Assembly: GCA_004764695.1 (NCBI GenBank)
Contig: SMSO01000007.1
Span: 1,557,270 to 1,621,269, forward strand
Origin: Schizochytrium sp. TIO01
Taxonomy: Eukaryota; Protista; Bigyra: Labyrinthulomycetes
Length of the DNA stretch: 64,000 nucleotides
Direction of reading: 5' to 3'
Below the pieces are notes generated by a model. It was not told where the DNA came from and did no database searches. It saw nothing but the letters and a program-made list of their open reading frames with translations. Position numbers and translations under genes: made by a program. This document shows, piece after piece, positions 32,187 through 43,666 of this stretch. Positions within the stretch are counted from its first letter, which is position 1. Every line of letters begins with the position of its first letter.

Positions 32187-35100
32187 ATGACGACGGAGGA
32201 GAACCCGGCAGCGGAAATTGGGGAGAGGTCAGCATGGGGAGCAAAGCTGCGAGACCCTTGCGAAATTGATCGCCAAAATGTCCTCGCTGTACAACATGGA
32301 TTTGGATTTGCAAGTAGGAAACGGAACAATGTCCATTTGCTCAACGAGCGTGGTGTTCTGCTCACCACGCTAGGCTCAACAGCAGCCATTCTTGATACGC
32401 ATGCAAACACAGTAGAATATATTTTCTGTCCGGATGGCCAAGGCATTGGCTGTTGCTGTGTCCACCCAAGCCGGAAATTTTTTGCAATTGGCGGACAAGG
32501 AAATAGACCCAACGTCTACATTTACAGCTTTCCAAATCGAAGACTCGTACGTATTTTGCGTGGAGGCACAGAAAGGGCCTATAGTTGCATGAACTTTAGT
32601 TCATCCGGAGAAAAACTTGCAACCGTTGGTGCAAGTCCTGATTTCCTACTCACCGTGTGGGATTGGGATACAGAGAAAATTATTCTCCGCAACAAAGCAT
32701 TTTCTCAAGAAATCTACAATGTGTCTTTTGCACCAGGCAAAGATGGTTTTCTAATGACTAGTGGTTTGGGGCACATCCGCTTCTGGAAAATGGCTGACAC
32801 CTTTACTGGCCTCAAGCTTCAAGGAGATATTGGTAAATTTGGCAAAGTCGAACTTAGCGATGTGTCTGCGTACGCAGTAATGCCGGATGCTAAGGTTCTC
32901 AGCGGCTCAGAGTCTGGTTCCCTTTTGCTTTGGGATGGCAATTTTATCAAACTTGAAATTCGTCGACCAAATGAAGAGCTTCCTCATGTTGGTGAAATTC
33001 ATGTTTGCAAATTAATCGGAGCTGAGAATCCTGCTACAGCGCAGTTTTTAACCTCTGGAGAAGATGGTTGGCTTCGCTGGTGGTCGATGAAGGATGTTGA
33101 CACTGCAGAGGTGACAGACGAGGATCCTTTCTTCATAATTAAACCAATTCGCGAAGTCCAGATTGAGGGTAAGGTACCGATTTCAATTTGTGTAGGGGAA
33201 GGTTACATTATTTTGCAAGACCGCAATGGAGGCATCTATCGACTAGATGAACCTATTTTCCCCGGATCTGATTGTATTCAGCTCCGAGAAGGTCACTCGG
33301 GTCACATTGCTGGAGTTGCAACCTCTCCTATAGACCACATCGCTGTCACTGTTGCGGGCGACTGCACCGTGAGAGCTTGGGATTATGAAAAGGGTCTTGC
33401 TCTCTTCCAGCGTGAATTCAACGCCGCACCTACCTCTGTAATGTGGATGCCGCCGGTTTTTGACATGTCTGGTCAGTCTCTGCTTGTAGGTTTTGCGGAT
33501 GGCGTTCTACGCCAGCTGAGCGCTGACCGCAGTGCGGAAGACTTTCGGCTTACTTTAGCCATGAAGCCACACAATGAGGCCGTGACGTGCATGGCTATCG
33601 ATGAAAATGCAACGCGTCTCGCTACAGCTGGCGCGGAGGGAAATGTGTTTATTTTTGACATCCAGCGGGATGGTAAGTTCACACCTTTGGGCTTCATTGT
33701 TGCCCCTTCTAAAGTTTCTGGCCTTCAATGGACTTGCCAGGGTGATCGAATTTTATTTTCATGTTCACAGGGTAGGGTTATTGAGGTAACCTTGCCCCAC
33801 CCAACAAATGGTATCCCAAAGCCAAACACCCATCACACTTTCGAACTTAAGGATCTACCAACCCGCACATTTACATTTAAGCGCAGAGTACCGAAGCCCT
33901 TGGAAAAACCAAAGCCAGTAGTTGAAGAGACTGAAGAAGGAGGCATGCCGAGTACAACAACTTCATCGTCAAAGGCTGCACAAGAGGAGGAGGCAGACCC
34001 GCAACAGATTGAATTTGAGCGTCTTCAAGCTCTACCTGTAGGTTCGGTCCTTACGTTCCGTATCGTGAAGGAAGTTGATGATAAAATACAGTTCGTCATC
34101 TCCTTGGATGGAGCGGATGCTGGTCCTCTGTTTTTGTGCGAGTTTGGCACTGAGCTCCCGTTGCGTGTCCTGCCAAACTTGGCTGCTGATGACGGCGTTA
34201 ATATGGATAGCGACGGAGGCACTGATCTTTTAACAAAAGATCCTCTAGCTAAATTTCTTCCAGGCATGAACGCATATCCGTCATGTACACTTGTTGCAGG
34301 AACTTGGTCAGGAAACTTTCTCTTGAATGGTTCTTCAACTGGTGAAATCCACATTCGCCCGTTTGATTCACTATGCTCATATGCTGCCATTCGCGTTCAC
34401 GATGGTATTGTTGGCAAAGTGACTGGCGCACAAACAAGCTTCGATGATAGCTTCCTTATCACAGCTGCTGCTGACGGTAGTCTTTTTGCTCACCGACTCA
34501 ATGCCCTGGAGCTTGTGAACAGGTGCAAAGATCTTGACGGCAAACCTGGTACTAGAATCAAGGCGAAGAAACTTTGGATTGCTGAGGCCCAGGCCAAAGC
34601 CTCTGGACAGCCAATGAAAGATTCCCTCGACGGACAGCTTTCGGGGGAACCAGGTTACATTGGAACGCAAATAAGCTTACAAGAGTCGTTTCCCAAACCA
34701 GAGAGTCCTCCCGAGCCCCCTGGAAGTACAGAAGAGCCCAAAGATGATGCTCCAGATATCACCGATCCTGCTGCATACTCTATCCAGGATGATAAACTTA
34801 AGACCGAGGAAGACAACAAGTTCCGCTTGGCTGAAATTGAAAAGGACAAGGTACGCCAGGTTATTCAAGACCTTCGGCAGGATTTCGAAGCTCTCTTAAA
34901 GGAAAATGAAAATGACGACCCCGAGACCCAGCTTCCACGAGATGCATTTGATATTGACAACGAGTTAATTGCGTCTCTAATGGAAGAGGGAAAGCAGCAA
35001 CTTGAAGAGGTGATTAAAGAGACACAATGGAATGTGAATTTAAGCAAAGCAAAGCTTGAAAAGCTAAAGAGATTCTTCCTCAATGGTGTATTGGTTGATA

Positions 35101-37745
35101 GCATTTCATTGGCTGCCTTCAATGAGAAATACTCAGTGCAATCTTTCCGTACAGCCAAATTTTCAGAAACGCTACAAAGCGCTGTGGCAACTCTGCACGA
35201 GGTATTGAACGGTTCTGGTCCTAATCAGAGGGCCAATGGTTCTGAAAATGGTGATGGGGAACATGGTACATCCCATGGAGGTGTCGGGGCTCGTCCTGAG
35301 ACTGAATCAGGCTCGGATAGTCCAAGTCGATCCAAAGGCAAGAAAAAGGAAGGGGCAACTGGATGGGAGGCACGAAAAGCTGGCCGTCGCGATCGCAAAA
35401 TTCAGATGCAACAACTCTTAGAAACCAAACCTGATGAAAATGCAGATGATCCTCTTGACGTTGCTGCTATTGACTGGGTTCTTAACAATATGGGAGATTA
35501 CAAGCTAAAATCCGCGGCGAACTATCAAGTTCCTGCTGATCAGCAAGTAAATGCTGCCAAAAAACATCGCCAGAGTGTGCTTCTTGCGGAAAGTATCCAG
35601 GAGCTTCGCATGAAGTTCAATGAAAAATTCTTGGCACTACGTGAGCTGAAACGTCGCATTGTGGAGCAGGCTCGCCAAGATGAGGCACGCGTTCACCATA
35701 TCGACGACGAGCTTGGCGAGAAACCAACTTCCTTGGGACTCCCCTTACGACTGGACGGATGTGAATGGCCTGAAAAGCGGATGGAGTTAGCACCTGAAGA
35801 AATGGAGACTTTTCTGAGAGGTGAGATCGCCCTAGCGAGTTTACCTGGTGGTGTAAGCGCGCGAAGCGGAAATGCTCAAAACCCAGATATGTTTTGCAAA
35901 GCAGCGCTTCGAAGTGTATGTGCAGATGCAAAGACTGACTTTGAAAAGGAAGTTTGGAGCACTAAGCGAAAGCAGCTATTTTTCGAAAAATCTCAAATAT
36001 TGCAACGTAGCCTTGATGCAGTGCAAGCATTTGATTCTGCAATTTATGAACTTCGTAAGGAGCGAGCACAGCTCGAAGCAGACTTGGTCGCCGCCGAGCT
36101 TCGGCAGATTCTTCTTTTTCGAGAGCAGCAGCTTCTTAATGAGTTTGAGAAGAAGGATAATTCATTGAGCACTAAACTTGACAGCTGCCGCCAGCAAAAG
36201 AGTGAAGTCCTTGCCGAGATCACGTCCTGTCAGGAGAATCTGGCTGCAAAAAAGGCAGAGCTGGCAATTTGGCAAGAGAAAGACCGTGTCATCATGGAGG
36301 AGTTTAATAGCATTGTGGGTGGCGACTCAAATCCAGCTGCGGCACAGCTCCTTAAGATCTTCAAGCGCAAGATTAAGCGAGTAAAACAAAGTGGAGAAGG
36401 CGAATCAGATGACGAGGACTCCGATGATGATGACGACGAAGATTATGATGATGAAGAAGAGGACTTTGAGGAAGGAGAACCAGAAGAGGAGCGCTGCCCG
36501 GATGGCTGTGACCCCGCAATCTACGAAAAAGTCCTCGAGCTTCGAGAGAAGCGTCTTGATCAAGAAGAGGTCCTCACTGCATTTAACAAGTCTATCGAAG
36601 AACTACGCAAATCCAACGAGCGCCATCAAGGTCGCGAAAAGCAGATTGACAAGGATTTGAAGAACACTGTAGTAGAAATTCAAGCCTTTCAGAATGAGAA
36701 GCAGCGCAAGCTCAATGAAGTCGATGCCTTCATGGTTCTCCGACTTGCTCAGCTCGCTTGCTTGGTTGAGCCGGAAGGGGATGGTTCAGCCAATAACACT
36801 GATGCTGATCTTGATCGAGCTCTTCAGGCTCTTGAAGAGGAAGGTGAGGATGCCATAGAGTTTACAGAGGACGAAAAGATAGATACAGGGGATAAAGAAA
36901 TCCAAGAGCTGAAGTCTCAGCTAGCTTTTGCTCGCGAGCAACTTGTCGCTCTGGACGAGGCTGTTGAAGCAAACCCTGAAGATGATTCTGTTATTGAACG
37001 CCAAGATGAGGTTACATTGCAGACCAAACATTTGCAGCTCGCTATCCGCCGCGCTCGTATTGATGCCGAGCGAACAAGACGCTTGAAAGCAAGATTAGTC
37101 CTCCCCACTAGTATTGGTTCGGCCTTAGTCTTTGACAAAGACACGCTTCATGACTTGCATGCGGGTATTGGTCGCCTACTCGATGAGAACCGGGACAAAA
37201 AGCTTGAGTTTAAAGATCTTCATCACATGCAAAAGCGTCTTAAACGTGATAAAAAACAGAAATTAGACGACATTGCCGCACTTGAAGATAAATGCCGGGA
37301 CTTACAACTTCTTAAGTTTGGTCAAGAGATCGATTTAGACACCATCGAGAAAATGGGATCCACTGGAACTGCGGATGTACGTGGTAAATTGAACCAACAG
37401 GAATCTAAACAACAAACTGAGCAATCTCGGGCGCAGAAGGATATCAGCACGGCCCAGGAGCGTTTGCTCGAAGAAACTCAACGAAACTCAATGCTTCTTC
37501 AGCAAATCGTTAACCTAACAGAAAAGCAACAACATCTTGAACTTGAGCTAAATCGTGCAAACGGAGGCACTTCGCACATGGGTCACGGCTTGGTGTCGCA
37601 TCGGGAAGCGCAAGAGACTGCTCAGTTGACACAGCTTGTAAAACTTCAGAGCAACGAAATCCAGGCCCTCAAGGCGGAGATCAACATGCTGCGAGGTAAC
37701 TCGGGCAACATGTTTCCCAATCGCAATCAGATCATGGATCCATAG
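32187..37745 (+). CDS. CFAP44: Cilia- and flagella-associated protein 44 (WDR52)
   Basis: WD40 N-terminus with LRGGTERAYS, FWKMADTFTGLKLQGDIGKFG and AYSIQDDKLK. Long C-terminal coiled coil with GDYKLKS, CPDGCD and QLLKFGQ. First ATG at 32187. Confidence 0.93.
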   Translation: MTTEENPAAEIGERSAWGAKLRDPCEIDRQNVLAVQHGFGFASRKRNNVHLLNERGVLLTTLGSTAAILDTHANTVEYIFCPDGQGIGCCCVHPSRKFFAIGGQGNRPNVYIYSFPNRRLVRILRGGTERAYSCMNFSSSGEKLATVGASPDFLLTVWDWDTEKIILRNKAFSQEIYNVSFAPGKDGFLMTSGLGHIRFWKMADTFTGLKLQGDIGKFGKVELSDVSAYAVMPDAKVLSGSESGSLLLWDGNFIKLEIRRPNEELPHVGEIHVCKLIGAENPATAQFLTSGEDGWLRWWSMKDVDTAEVTDEDPFFIIKPIREVQIEGKVPISICVGEGYIILQDRNGGIYRLDEPIFPGSDCIQLREGHSGHIAGVATSPIDHIAVTVAGDCTVRAWDYEKGLALFQREFNAAPTSVMWMPPVFDMSGQSLLVGFADGVLRQLSADRSAEDFRLTLAMKPHNEAVTCMAIDENATRLATAGAEGNVFIFDIQRDGKFTPLGFIVAPSKVSGLQWTCQGDRILFSCSQGRVIEVTLPHPTNGIPKPNTHHTFELKDLPTRTFTFKRRVPKPLEKPKPVVEETEEGGMPSTTTSSSKAAQEEEADPQQIEFERLQALPVGSVLTFRIVKEVDDKIQFVISLDGADAGPLFLCEFGTELPLRVLPNLAADDGVNMDSDGGTDLLTKDPLAKFLPGMNAYPSCTLVAGTWSGNFLLNGSSTGEIHIRPFDSLCSYAAIRVHDGIVGKVTGAQTSFDDSFLITAAADGSLFAHRLNALELVNRCKDLDGKPGTRIKAKKLWIAEAQAKASGQPMKDSLDGQLSGEPGYIGTQISLQESFPKPESPPEPPGSTEEPKDDAPDITDPAAYSIQDDKLKTEEDNKFRLAEIEKDKVRQVIQDLRQDFEALLKENENDDPETQLPRDAFDIDNELIASLMEEGKQQLEEVIKETQWNVNLSKAKLEKLKRFFLNGVLVDSISLAAFNEKYSVQSFRTAKFSETLQSAVATLHEVLNGSGPNQRANGSENGDGEHGTSHGGVGARPETESGSDSPSRSKGKKKEGATGWEARKAGRRDRKIQMQQLLETKPDENADDPLDVAAIDWVLNNMGDYKLKSAANYQVPADQQVNAAKKHRQSVLLAESIQELRMKFNEKFLALRELKRRIVEQARQDEARVHHIDDELGEKPTSLGLPLRLDGCEWPEKRMELAPEEMETFLRGEIALASLPGGVSARSGNAQNPDMFCKAALRSVCADAKTDFEKEVWSTKRKQLFFEKSQILQRSLDAVQAFDSAIYELRKERAQLEADLVAAELRQILLFREQQLLNEFEKKDNSLSTKLDSCRQQKSEVLAEITSCQENLAAKKAELAIWQEKDRVIMEEFNSIVGGDSNPAAAQLLKIFKRKIKRVKQSGEGESDDEDSDDDDDEDYDDEEEDFEEGEPEEERCPDGCDPAIYEKVLELREKRLDQEEVLTAFNKSIEELRKSNERHQGREKQIDKDLKNTVVEIQAFQNEKQRKLNEVDAFMVLRLAQLACLVEPEGDGSANNTDADLDRALQALEEEGEDAIEFTEDEKIDTGDKEIQELKSQLAFAREQLVALDEAVEANPEDDSVIERQDEVTLQTKHLQLAIRRARIDAERTRRLKARLVLPTSIGSALVFDKDTLHDLHAGIGRLLDENRDKKLEFKDLHHMQKRLKRDKKQKLDDIAALEDKCRDLQLLKFGQEIDLDTIEKMGSTGTADVRGKLNQQESKQQTEQSRAQKDISTAQERLLEETQRNSMLLQQIVNLTEKQQHLELELNRANGGTSHMGHGLVSHREAQETAQLTQLVKLQSNEIQALKAEINMLRGNSGNMFPNRNQIMDP

Positions 37746-38212
37746 ATTATTCCGAATGCCTACACGATGATGAGAGCGAATGTCACCGTTTTTTTGCTTC
37801 ATGCATATAAGCATTCACATAATACAATTGCTTAATTGAATGGCCTTGATACTTCATTTTCAAGGAAAGAGCTCGTAGATATGTTCGCTTCTTTTTATAT
37901 TCTAAGAAAATACAGGATGAGAAAAGAAGCAATTCATATAGCGACACCAACGCAAGATAAATAGAAACAAAGATAAAATTTAAAATCAAAGTTGAGTACA
38001 AAAATTGCATATTTCCTTTCACTTTTCTACAGAAAATTAATGCAAATATTTGTGCTGCTTGCATTTCGAGAATACAAACCATTTCAAAACTAAGTAAAGA
38101 TTTGCCGTTCGCTCAGAAGGTAGACTCTTATTATCTCAAAAATGGATTTTGATCAGTGAATGAGCACACTTCCCTAATATACTATCTCAGTATGTAGCTA
38201 TACTCAAAGCGC

Positions 38213-39601
38213 CTATGGGACCGCAATATCATTCAATACCTTAACAAGGGCGGATGCAGTTCGTTCGAGAGTCTTATAGCGCATTCGTAGCCGAAAACCG
38301 AATTCCATCTGTAAACCATTAACTTCCCCACCAAGAGTATTATTATAGCAATATTCTGCCACGCCATGACCACCATTATAAAGACGATGGTCTGGCACTG
38401 CGTTGTTGGGTGGATATATCTTTACTCCCGCACCTTGAAGACGGCCTAGCAGGCCAGTAGGAGCATAGAGTGCCTCACGACTCTTGACAAGACGCCCATC
38501 TTGTGTTCCGACAATGATAGTTTCCTCCATATCTGCAGCCGTGATATCCAGCTCTTCGTCTGTTGCAGCACGCTGGGCATGAATGTCAATGAAATATATT
38601 GGCTTGCCAGGATAAGACTGATGGATCTCATTGAGAACACCGATAATAGCTCCATGATACTCGTCATAAATTGTTCGGGCACGATTGACTTTGCGAGCAA
38701 CGACTTGATCAAAGCTACCGTCGCTAGCCAATCGATATTCGGCAACCGCCGTGCATTTCGGCCACATCTCCTGGCAGCATGCCTCTGAATGATTAACACG
38801 ACGGTTTGCATCAACATACCGGCGGTGAAAATCAGCCTGTACAATGTAGGGCTTATGCTTATACTTTTTAGCAAAGATTTCGGCAATCTTCTTTGCCATG
38901 GCCTGGGTATTGGTATCACTGTTAACTCTGGAAAGGCGACTTTGAAAATCCGACGAGTTCAAGGCCACACTTGCACCCTCTCTAGACTCCAAATGTTCTA
39001 CTTGCCATGCATATTTGCTGTCTTTGTGACTGGCTCCGTGTGGCACGCCTAAAACAACAGGAATATCGCCTTTGTAAACGGTCGTGAGTTGAGGTATTTT
39101 TGAGGTTGACTTTGTTGAAGATGTTGAGGAACTGGGCATTTCACCTAGAGTCAACGAGTAGGAATGTTGGTATGGTGCTCCAAGCGTCTTTACAATGTGT
39201 GGACATATTTCATGGAGATGCTTTCGTCTTCTTTTGCGCCGCGGTGTGGATCTTAACGAAGGCATATCGAGGTATTGGGATTCGGCTGATCTTTCCATAG
39301 AGTTCTTATCTGATGTGACTGCTGCCATAAATATTATCAGGGTTACTATTGTTGCGAGTGCAACAAGTACTCGTTTTGGCCACTTTACTGGAGCATTTTT
39401 GACCCTTTCGTGAAAGACCTCAAGGCCACGTCGTACCCGTTGCGCCATCTGGGTGAGAACCACTGTTGCTTCAAATCCATCAGTTCTGATTTTCTGTCCA
39501 TCTCTGCCACTCTCTTCGGCACAACCCCCTCGGCGCCTCTTTGAAGATGCACTACGTCTCCGAGACCCCTTTGTGGAAGTCCTTTCCCTGTCTCTCGGCA
39601 T
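38213..39601 (-). CDS. Type II membrane protein with N-formylglutamate amidohydrolase-like (Zn-exopeptidase fold) domain
   Basis: Basic N-tail and a single TM (VLVALATIVTLIIFMAAV). These are followed by VVLGVPHG, DTNT, FHRRYVDANR, YHGAI, FIDIHAQ and GLQMEF, the motif order of the FGase family. Confidence 0.75.
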   Translation of the reverse strand: MPRDRERTSTKGSRRRSASSKRRRGGCAEESGRDGQKIRTDGFEATVVLTQMAQRVRRGLEVFHERVKNAPVKWPKRVLVALATIVTLIIFMAAVTSDKNSMERSAESQYLDMPSLRSTPRRKRRRKHLHEICPHIVKTLGAPYQHSYSLTLGEMPSSSTSSTKSTSKIPQLTTVYKGDIPVVLGVPHGASHKDSKYAWQVEHLESREGASVALNSSDFQSRLSRVNSDTNTQAMAKKIAEIFAKKYKHKPYIVQADFHRRYVDANRRVNHSEACCQEMWPKCTAVAEYRLASDGSFDQVVARKVNRARTIYDEYHGAIIGVLNEIHQSYPGKPIYFIDIHAQRAATDEELDITAADMEETIIVGTQDGRLVKSREALYAPTGLLGRLQGAGVKIYPPNNAVPDHRLYNGGHGVAEYCYNNTLGGEVNGLQMEFGFRLRMRYKTLERTASALVKVLNDIAVP

Positions 39602-40222
39602 TGTGAAAAGACAACGTGGCTTCGATGAAGCTTTTTGCTCTCAATCTGTTTTAGTTTCATGATTTCCTATCTTTTTTCATTTTCCTATCAAATCGTCTCA
39701 CATAACTTTTTCGTTGGAGTGATTCTTCGTAATCTTTATTCTACCGTTCTATCCTACAAAGCATCCACGGTATCCTCAATAATCGCAGGTTGCCTCGTGA
39801 AATACGTACACCCCTTCGTCATCTTCAGCATCCCGTGTTTTTTTTTTTTTTTAACAATAATGAACTCAGAATCTATGGCATCGCTTATCAAATCGCACGC
39901 AACTCTGGTTTCTTCCGAAGACTCACGCGACCATCCTCAACCAACAGCACCATTGCGCCCTCATTTCTCCCTGAACCTAGCAGGACTATTGCGGTATTGC
40001 ATGCACTCGAGAAGACCTCGCAGTGCATGCACCTCATTTTCATTGATTACACATTTGGGCCAAATGAACAAAGACTTTTTTGGCCAAAAATTACTTCGTT
40101 CGATGCAATGCGATTAACACTAAGTCTGAAGTCTACACGAGGTTGTAGATCGGTTGGGACCACAAACTAACGCCTCGACGCCTCGCTTGGCATCCTCCGT
40201 GATACTATATCCTCTCGTTGTG

Positions 40223-43200
40223 ATGGCTGGTGACCAAGGCCGCGGCCGGCGTTTGTTGAGGCACTCTGGCAGCTCTCATGCGTCGGAGCCCGCTCGCTTG
40301 GCCAGACCTGAGTTGCCGCAGCCAAGCCCGGAAGACCTCGAACGTGAACAGTGGCTTAGTGAAGTTCTTGACGTCGTTAGGCCAGTAGTAGTCAAGGGTC
40401 TGGCCTGCTCAAGTGACGGCGCACTCCTGCTCCTTGAAACAGGCGAGGTTTTCACATGGAAAGGCGACTCCTTGTCTTCCCCTCAACTCGTACGATTCCC
40501 AAGCACCTCCACAGCGTCAAATTCACGACTTCCACAGCGTCAATCTAGCTCCCAGCACAGTACTATCCATCAGAACAATTTGCAGCAGCAGCAGCAGCAG
40601 CAGCAGTACCTCATCTCCCCAACCCAGCAGCAGAACGCAAGTGGTCAGTCAAACACTCAAAACCAAAATCAGAATATCAATCAAAATCAAAACAAAGAGG
40701 AAAGTGCCCATGTTTTTATTGTACAAGTAGAGGCCGGGGAAGACCACTTTGCGGCGCGGTCAGCAAGCTTTAGACGAAATTTGTACACATGGGGTGCTAA
40801 TGCTTCGGGTCAGCTTGGCTTGGAAGACACGCGTCCAAGAACAACTCCATGCATGGTCACCGGTCTTGAAGAACGTGTGACTGACGTAATTTGTGGACGA
40901 GGATTCACGATTTGTCAGACGGAGCTAGGCCAGGTTTATGGCTGGGGCGCCAATAACAAAGGCCAGCTTGGCAAGCGCGAGGATCAACCTTTTGAGACCA
41001 ACACTGGTGATCAAAGCAGTCCTGCAAGCGCTTTCTCAACTTCTCCTCCGTTTTCTTCGTCGCCAACGTCATCCTCTTTCACAAAAGGGAGCCCTGGACA
41101 AAGAGGTACTGCCACCGGAGCTACTGGAGCCGCTTGGACTGCCAGCAATAAAGGCGTGGACCCACCAGGGAGCCCAGGATTTTCGTGGGGCGAAATTCCC
41201 CAAGCAAATGACGACCCACCTTCAGTAATGGCACACAAACTTCGCACACCTCTTCACGTTTCTACGGACTCTGTGGTGCAGAACAAGTCTTCCATGGACG
41301 TGGAGGAGACCGGCCGAACATTTTGCAAACCTGAGCTATTTGAGGTGCAGGTGGATACAAATCTTGTGCTATCCCCACAACTTATTCCTCATCTTTGTTT
41401 ACAGCAGCGCCAGCTAAGCGCCGAAGTCTATGGTGACGAGTCTCGTGGTTTCAGTGCTCTTAGCATGGATGCACGAGGCGACCATGCTGTGGCCTGGACT
41501 CGGGAGTCCGCCGAAAAACAAGTTTCAATGTTGGCTAGTCGCGATGAGCTTGTGCGACTCAAACATGTTCTCGCAGAGAAAAGGTCACAACTTGCAGACC
41601 TTGATTTGCGTCATCAACGTGTGCTCAACCGCTGGAGCGGGAAAACACAAGGATCTGGAAAATTATCCGACCTACGAAATGCCGTTAGCGAAGACATGTT
41701 ATTGTCTCCTTCTAGCAATGGTACTGGACTCACCCCGGGCAATGGTTACAAGTCCTCCTCTTCACCAGGGCACCACTTAAGTCCTGAGCATCATCCTGAG
41801 ATGTTCAAACCTGAGTCTAGACAGCCGTCAGCCTGTTCACAACCAGCTGAGCTAATTGCCATGATACCTAATATATTCCAAGCTGCGGACTTGATGAAAT
41901 ATAGCGGGCAATTGGAGACGAATATGCGTGCTGAAGTTGCTCGAGATCCCGGACTTGAAGCCTTGGACCTCCGACTTTCAAGTGCTAGTTCATTCCTCCA
42001 GCGTGAAACAGCTCGTGTACGAGACCTTGAGGAACATCGGGACTCTATTCAAGCTCGCATGAAGGAATCCGAACCTGAGATGTCAGAGCTTCATAAGCAA
42101 AAGTTACGTTTACGGAAACAAATTGCGCGCATTAAAGAGTCACAGAAGCTCCACAGAACGGAATTGGACAAGATTCAAGAGAATACATCAAACCAGTTGG
42201 CAAACGAAGCAAAAGTTGATCGAAGCAAGAAACTACATATGGCGTTAGTTCGTGATGCTACAGATCTAGAAGAGCTTGAAGCGCAAGCACTGGAGGTGAA
42301 CAAAACACGAATGGCCCTTGAGGAGAACTCTGTAGATCATCAACGTAACTTAGAACTTATCGACAAGGAGCGTGTAAGCTCTGAGATACGCATTCACGAA
42401 ATCGGCATTCGTTTGAAAATGTACCAGCGACTTCGTATTCGAAGACAGCAGCGGTTACAACTTGAATATAAAGAGAATTTACAAGCTCTATGGCAGCGCT
42501 GTATTGATGAAATACATCGGGTTTGGGAGGACCTAGTCTTACCTGCCGATGTGTTTACCATCTTGAGGAGAAAACGCGAGGAAGCACTAGCAGAAGGCAC
42601 CCCAACGTTCTCGTCGCGCTTAGTTCAAGAGGCAATCAATGAAAGCCAGTTCAAATTAAATCAAGCATTGCAACACAGCCAAAATGTCATAGAGCTCCTT
42701 CGTCAGGACTACTGCAGTTTAGAGGTTAGTCGCGAGGTTGTTGGTCGTGCTGGCGCACCACCCTTTGCACTACGTGATTTAAGCCTGGGTAACAGCGAGG
42801 GTGGGCCCATGGAGGCTGCATTGGCCTCGTTCTCATCTACTTTGACTATGAGTACTCCTAGTCTCCAGCTCTGCGGCGTATCTGTTGACATCGGATTCCC
42901 AGCACAACGCCGGAGTGGTGCAGGGCACCTACGTGATGTCGGGGGAGTCAATAATGGCAACAATCACTCCCTCTTATTGCTTACACGCCTCTCATTTTCG
43001 GCTATGGTAGGCGACGAGCTTGTGCTTAGTGATGTTATCTTGGATGTCGATGGCCAAGGAGCTAACGCGCGGCAATTCTATAGTCAAGAAGTGATGGCAA
43101 TTCTCTATGAAGATTCGGCCGGTCGTCCTGGCCCAAGAATTATGGGCAGCCTATCACAGAGAGTTCGTGTCGGGGCTGGTGCCTCGCGCTTAATTCTCAA

Positions 43201-43666
43201 ACTTGAGTTCGATTCGCCAATCACTGTAGTGGCTCGTGCCACTCGTCGTGGCCTAGGTCATGTGTGGGTTGGACTCTGGATTCCAAACCCGCATGGGACT
43301 TTGCGCGTTTATGGTCTCCCTCGCAAGCTTCAATCTTCCGAGGATGATCGGCAGGCGCATGCGTTAAGTGACTCTTTGTATGCACGCACCCCCAAGAGCT
43401 TAATAGTCTGGCTTGTATCGGATGGCGAGGAAAAGCAGCCACCTTACTCGCTTGATCTTGTTCCTTCTGAATCAAAGCATCGATCGCCTCTGCATCCCTA
43501 TATTTCAGCACATGCGCTTTCTGTGTGTGATCGTGGGCTTCGTATTCTGACTTCTGTAATTAATGAGCGGCAGGAAGTTAATTTGTTGCTGGCCAGTCAG
43601 GCTGACCATACGATGGATGTTGAAGCGCTGGTAGAAAGCTTGCGTCTGGAGCAGACGGTTGAATAA
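40223..43666 (+). CDS. RCC1-repeat and coiled-coil protein
   Basis: VEAGEDHFAA, LYTWGANASGQLG, CGRGFT and VYGWGANNKGQLG, with a poly-Q insert and a central coiled coil. First ATG at 40223. Confidence 0.85.
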   Translation: MAGDQGRGRRLLRHSGSSHASEPARLARPELPQPSPEDLEREQWLSEVLDVVRPVVVKGLACSSDGALLLLETGEVFTWKGDSLSSPQLVRFPSTSTASNSRLPQRQSSSQHSTIHQNNLQQQQQQQQYLISPTQQQNASGQSNTQNQNQNINQNQNKEESAHVFIVQVEAGEDHFAARSASFRRNLYTWGANASGQLGLEDTRPRTTPCMVTGLEERVTDVICGRGFTICQTELGQVYGWGANNKGQLGKREDQPFETNTGDQSSPASAFSTSPPFSSSPTSSSFTKGSPGQRGTATGATGAAWTASNKGVDPPGSPGFSWGEIPQANDDPPSVMAHKLRTPLHVSTDSVVQNKSSMDVEETGRTFCKPELFEVQVDTNLVLSPQLIPHLCLQQRQLSAEVYGDESRGFSALSMDARGDHAVAWTRESAEKQVSMLASRDELVRLKHVLAEKRSQLADLDLRHQRVLNRWSGKTQGSGKLSDLRNAVSEDMLLSPSSNGTGLTPGNGYKSSSSPGHHLSPEHHPEMFKPESRQPSACSQPAELIAMIPNIFQAADLMKYSGQLETNMRAEVARDPGLEALDLRLSSASSFLQRETARVRDLEEHRDSIQARMKESEPEMSELHKQKLRLRKQIARIKESQKLHRTELDKIQENTSNQLANEAKVDRSKKLHMALVRDATDLEELEAQALEVNKTRMALEENSVDHQRNLELIDKERVSSEIRIHEIGIRLKMYQRLRIRRQQRLQLEYKENLQALWQRCIDEIHRVWEDLVLPADVFTILRRKREEALAEGTPTFSSRLVQEAINESQFKLNQALQHSQNVIELLRQDYCSLEVSREVVGRAGAPPFALRDLSLGNSEGGPMEAALASFSSTLTMSTPSLQLCGVSVDIGFPAQRRSGAGHLRDVGGVNNGNNHSLLLLTRLSFSAMVGDELVLSDVILDVDGQGANARQFYSQEVMAILYEDSAGRPGPRIMGSLSQRVRVGAGASRLILKLEFDSPITVVARATRRGLGHVWVGLWIPNPHGTLRVYGLPRKLQSSEDDRQAHALSDSLYARTPKSLIVWLVSDGEEKQPPYSLDLVPSESKHRSPLHPYISAHALSVCDRGLRILTSVINERQEVNLLLASQADHTMDVEALVESLRLEQTVE

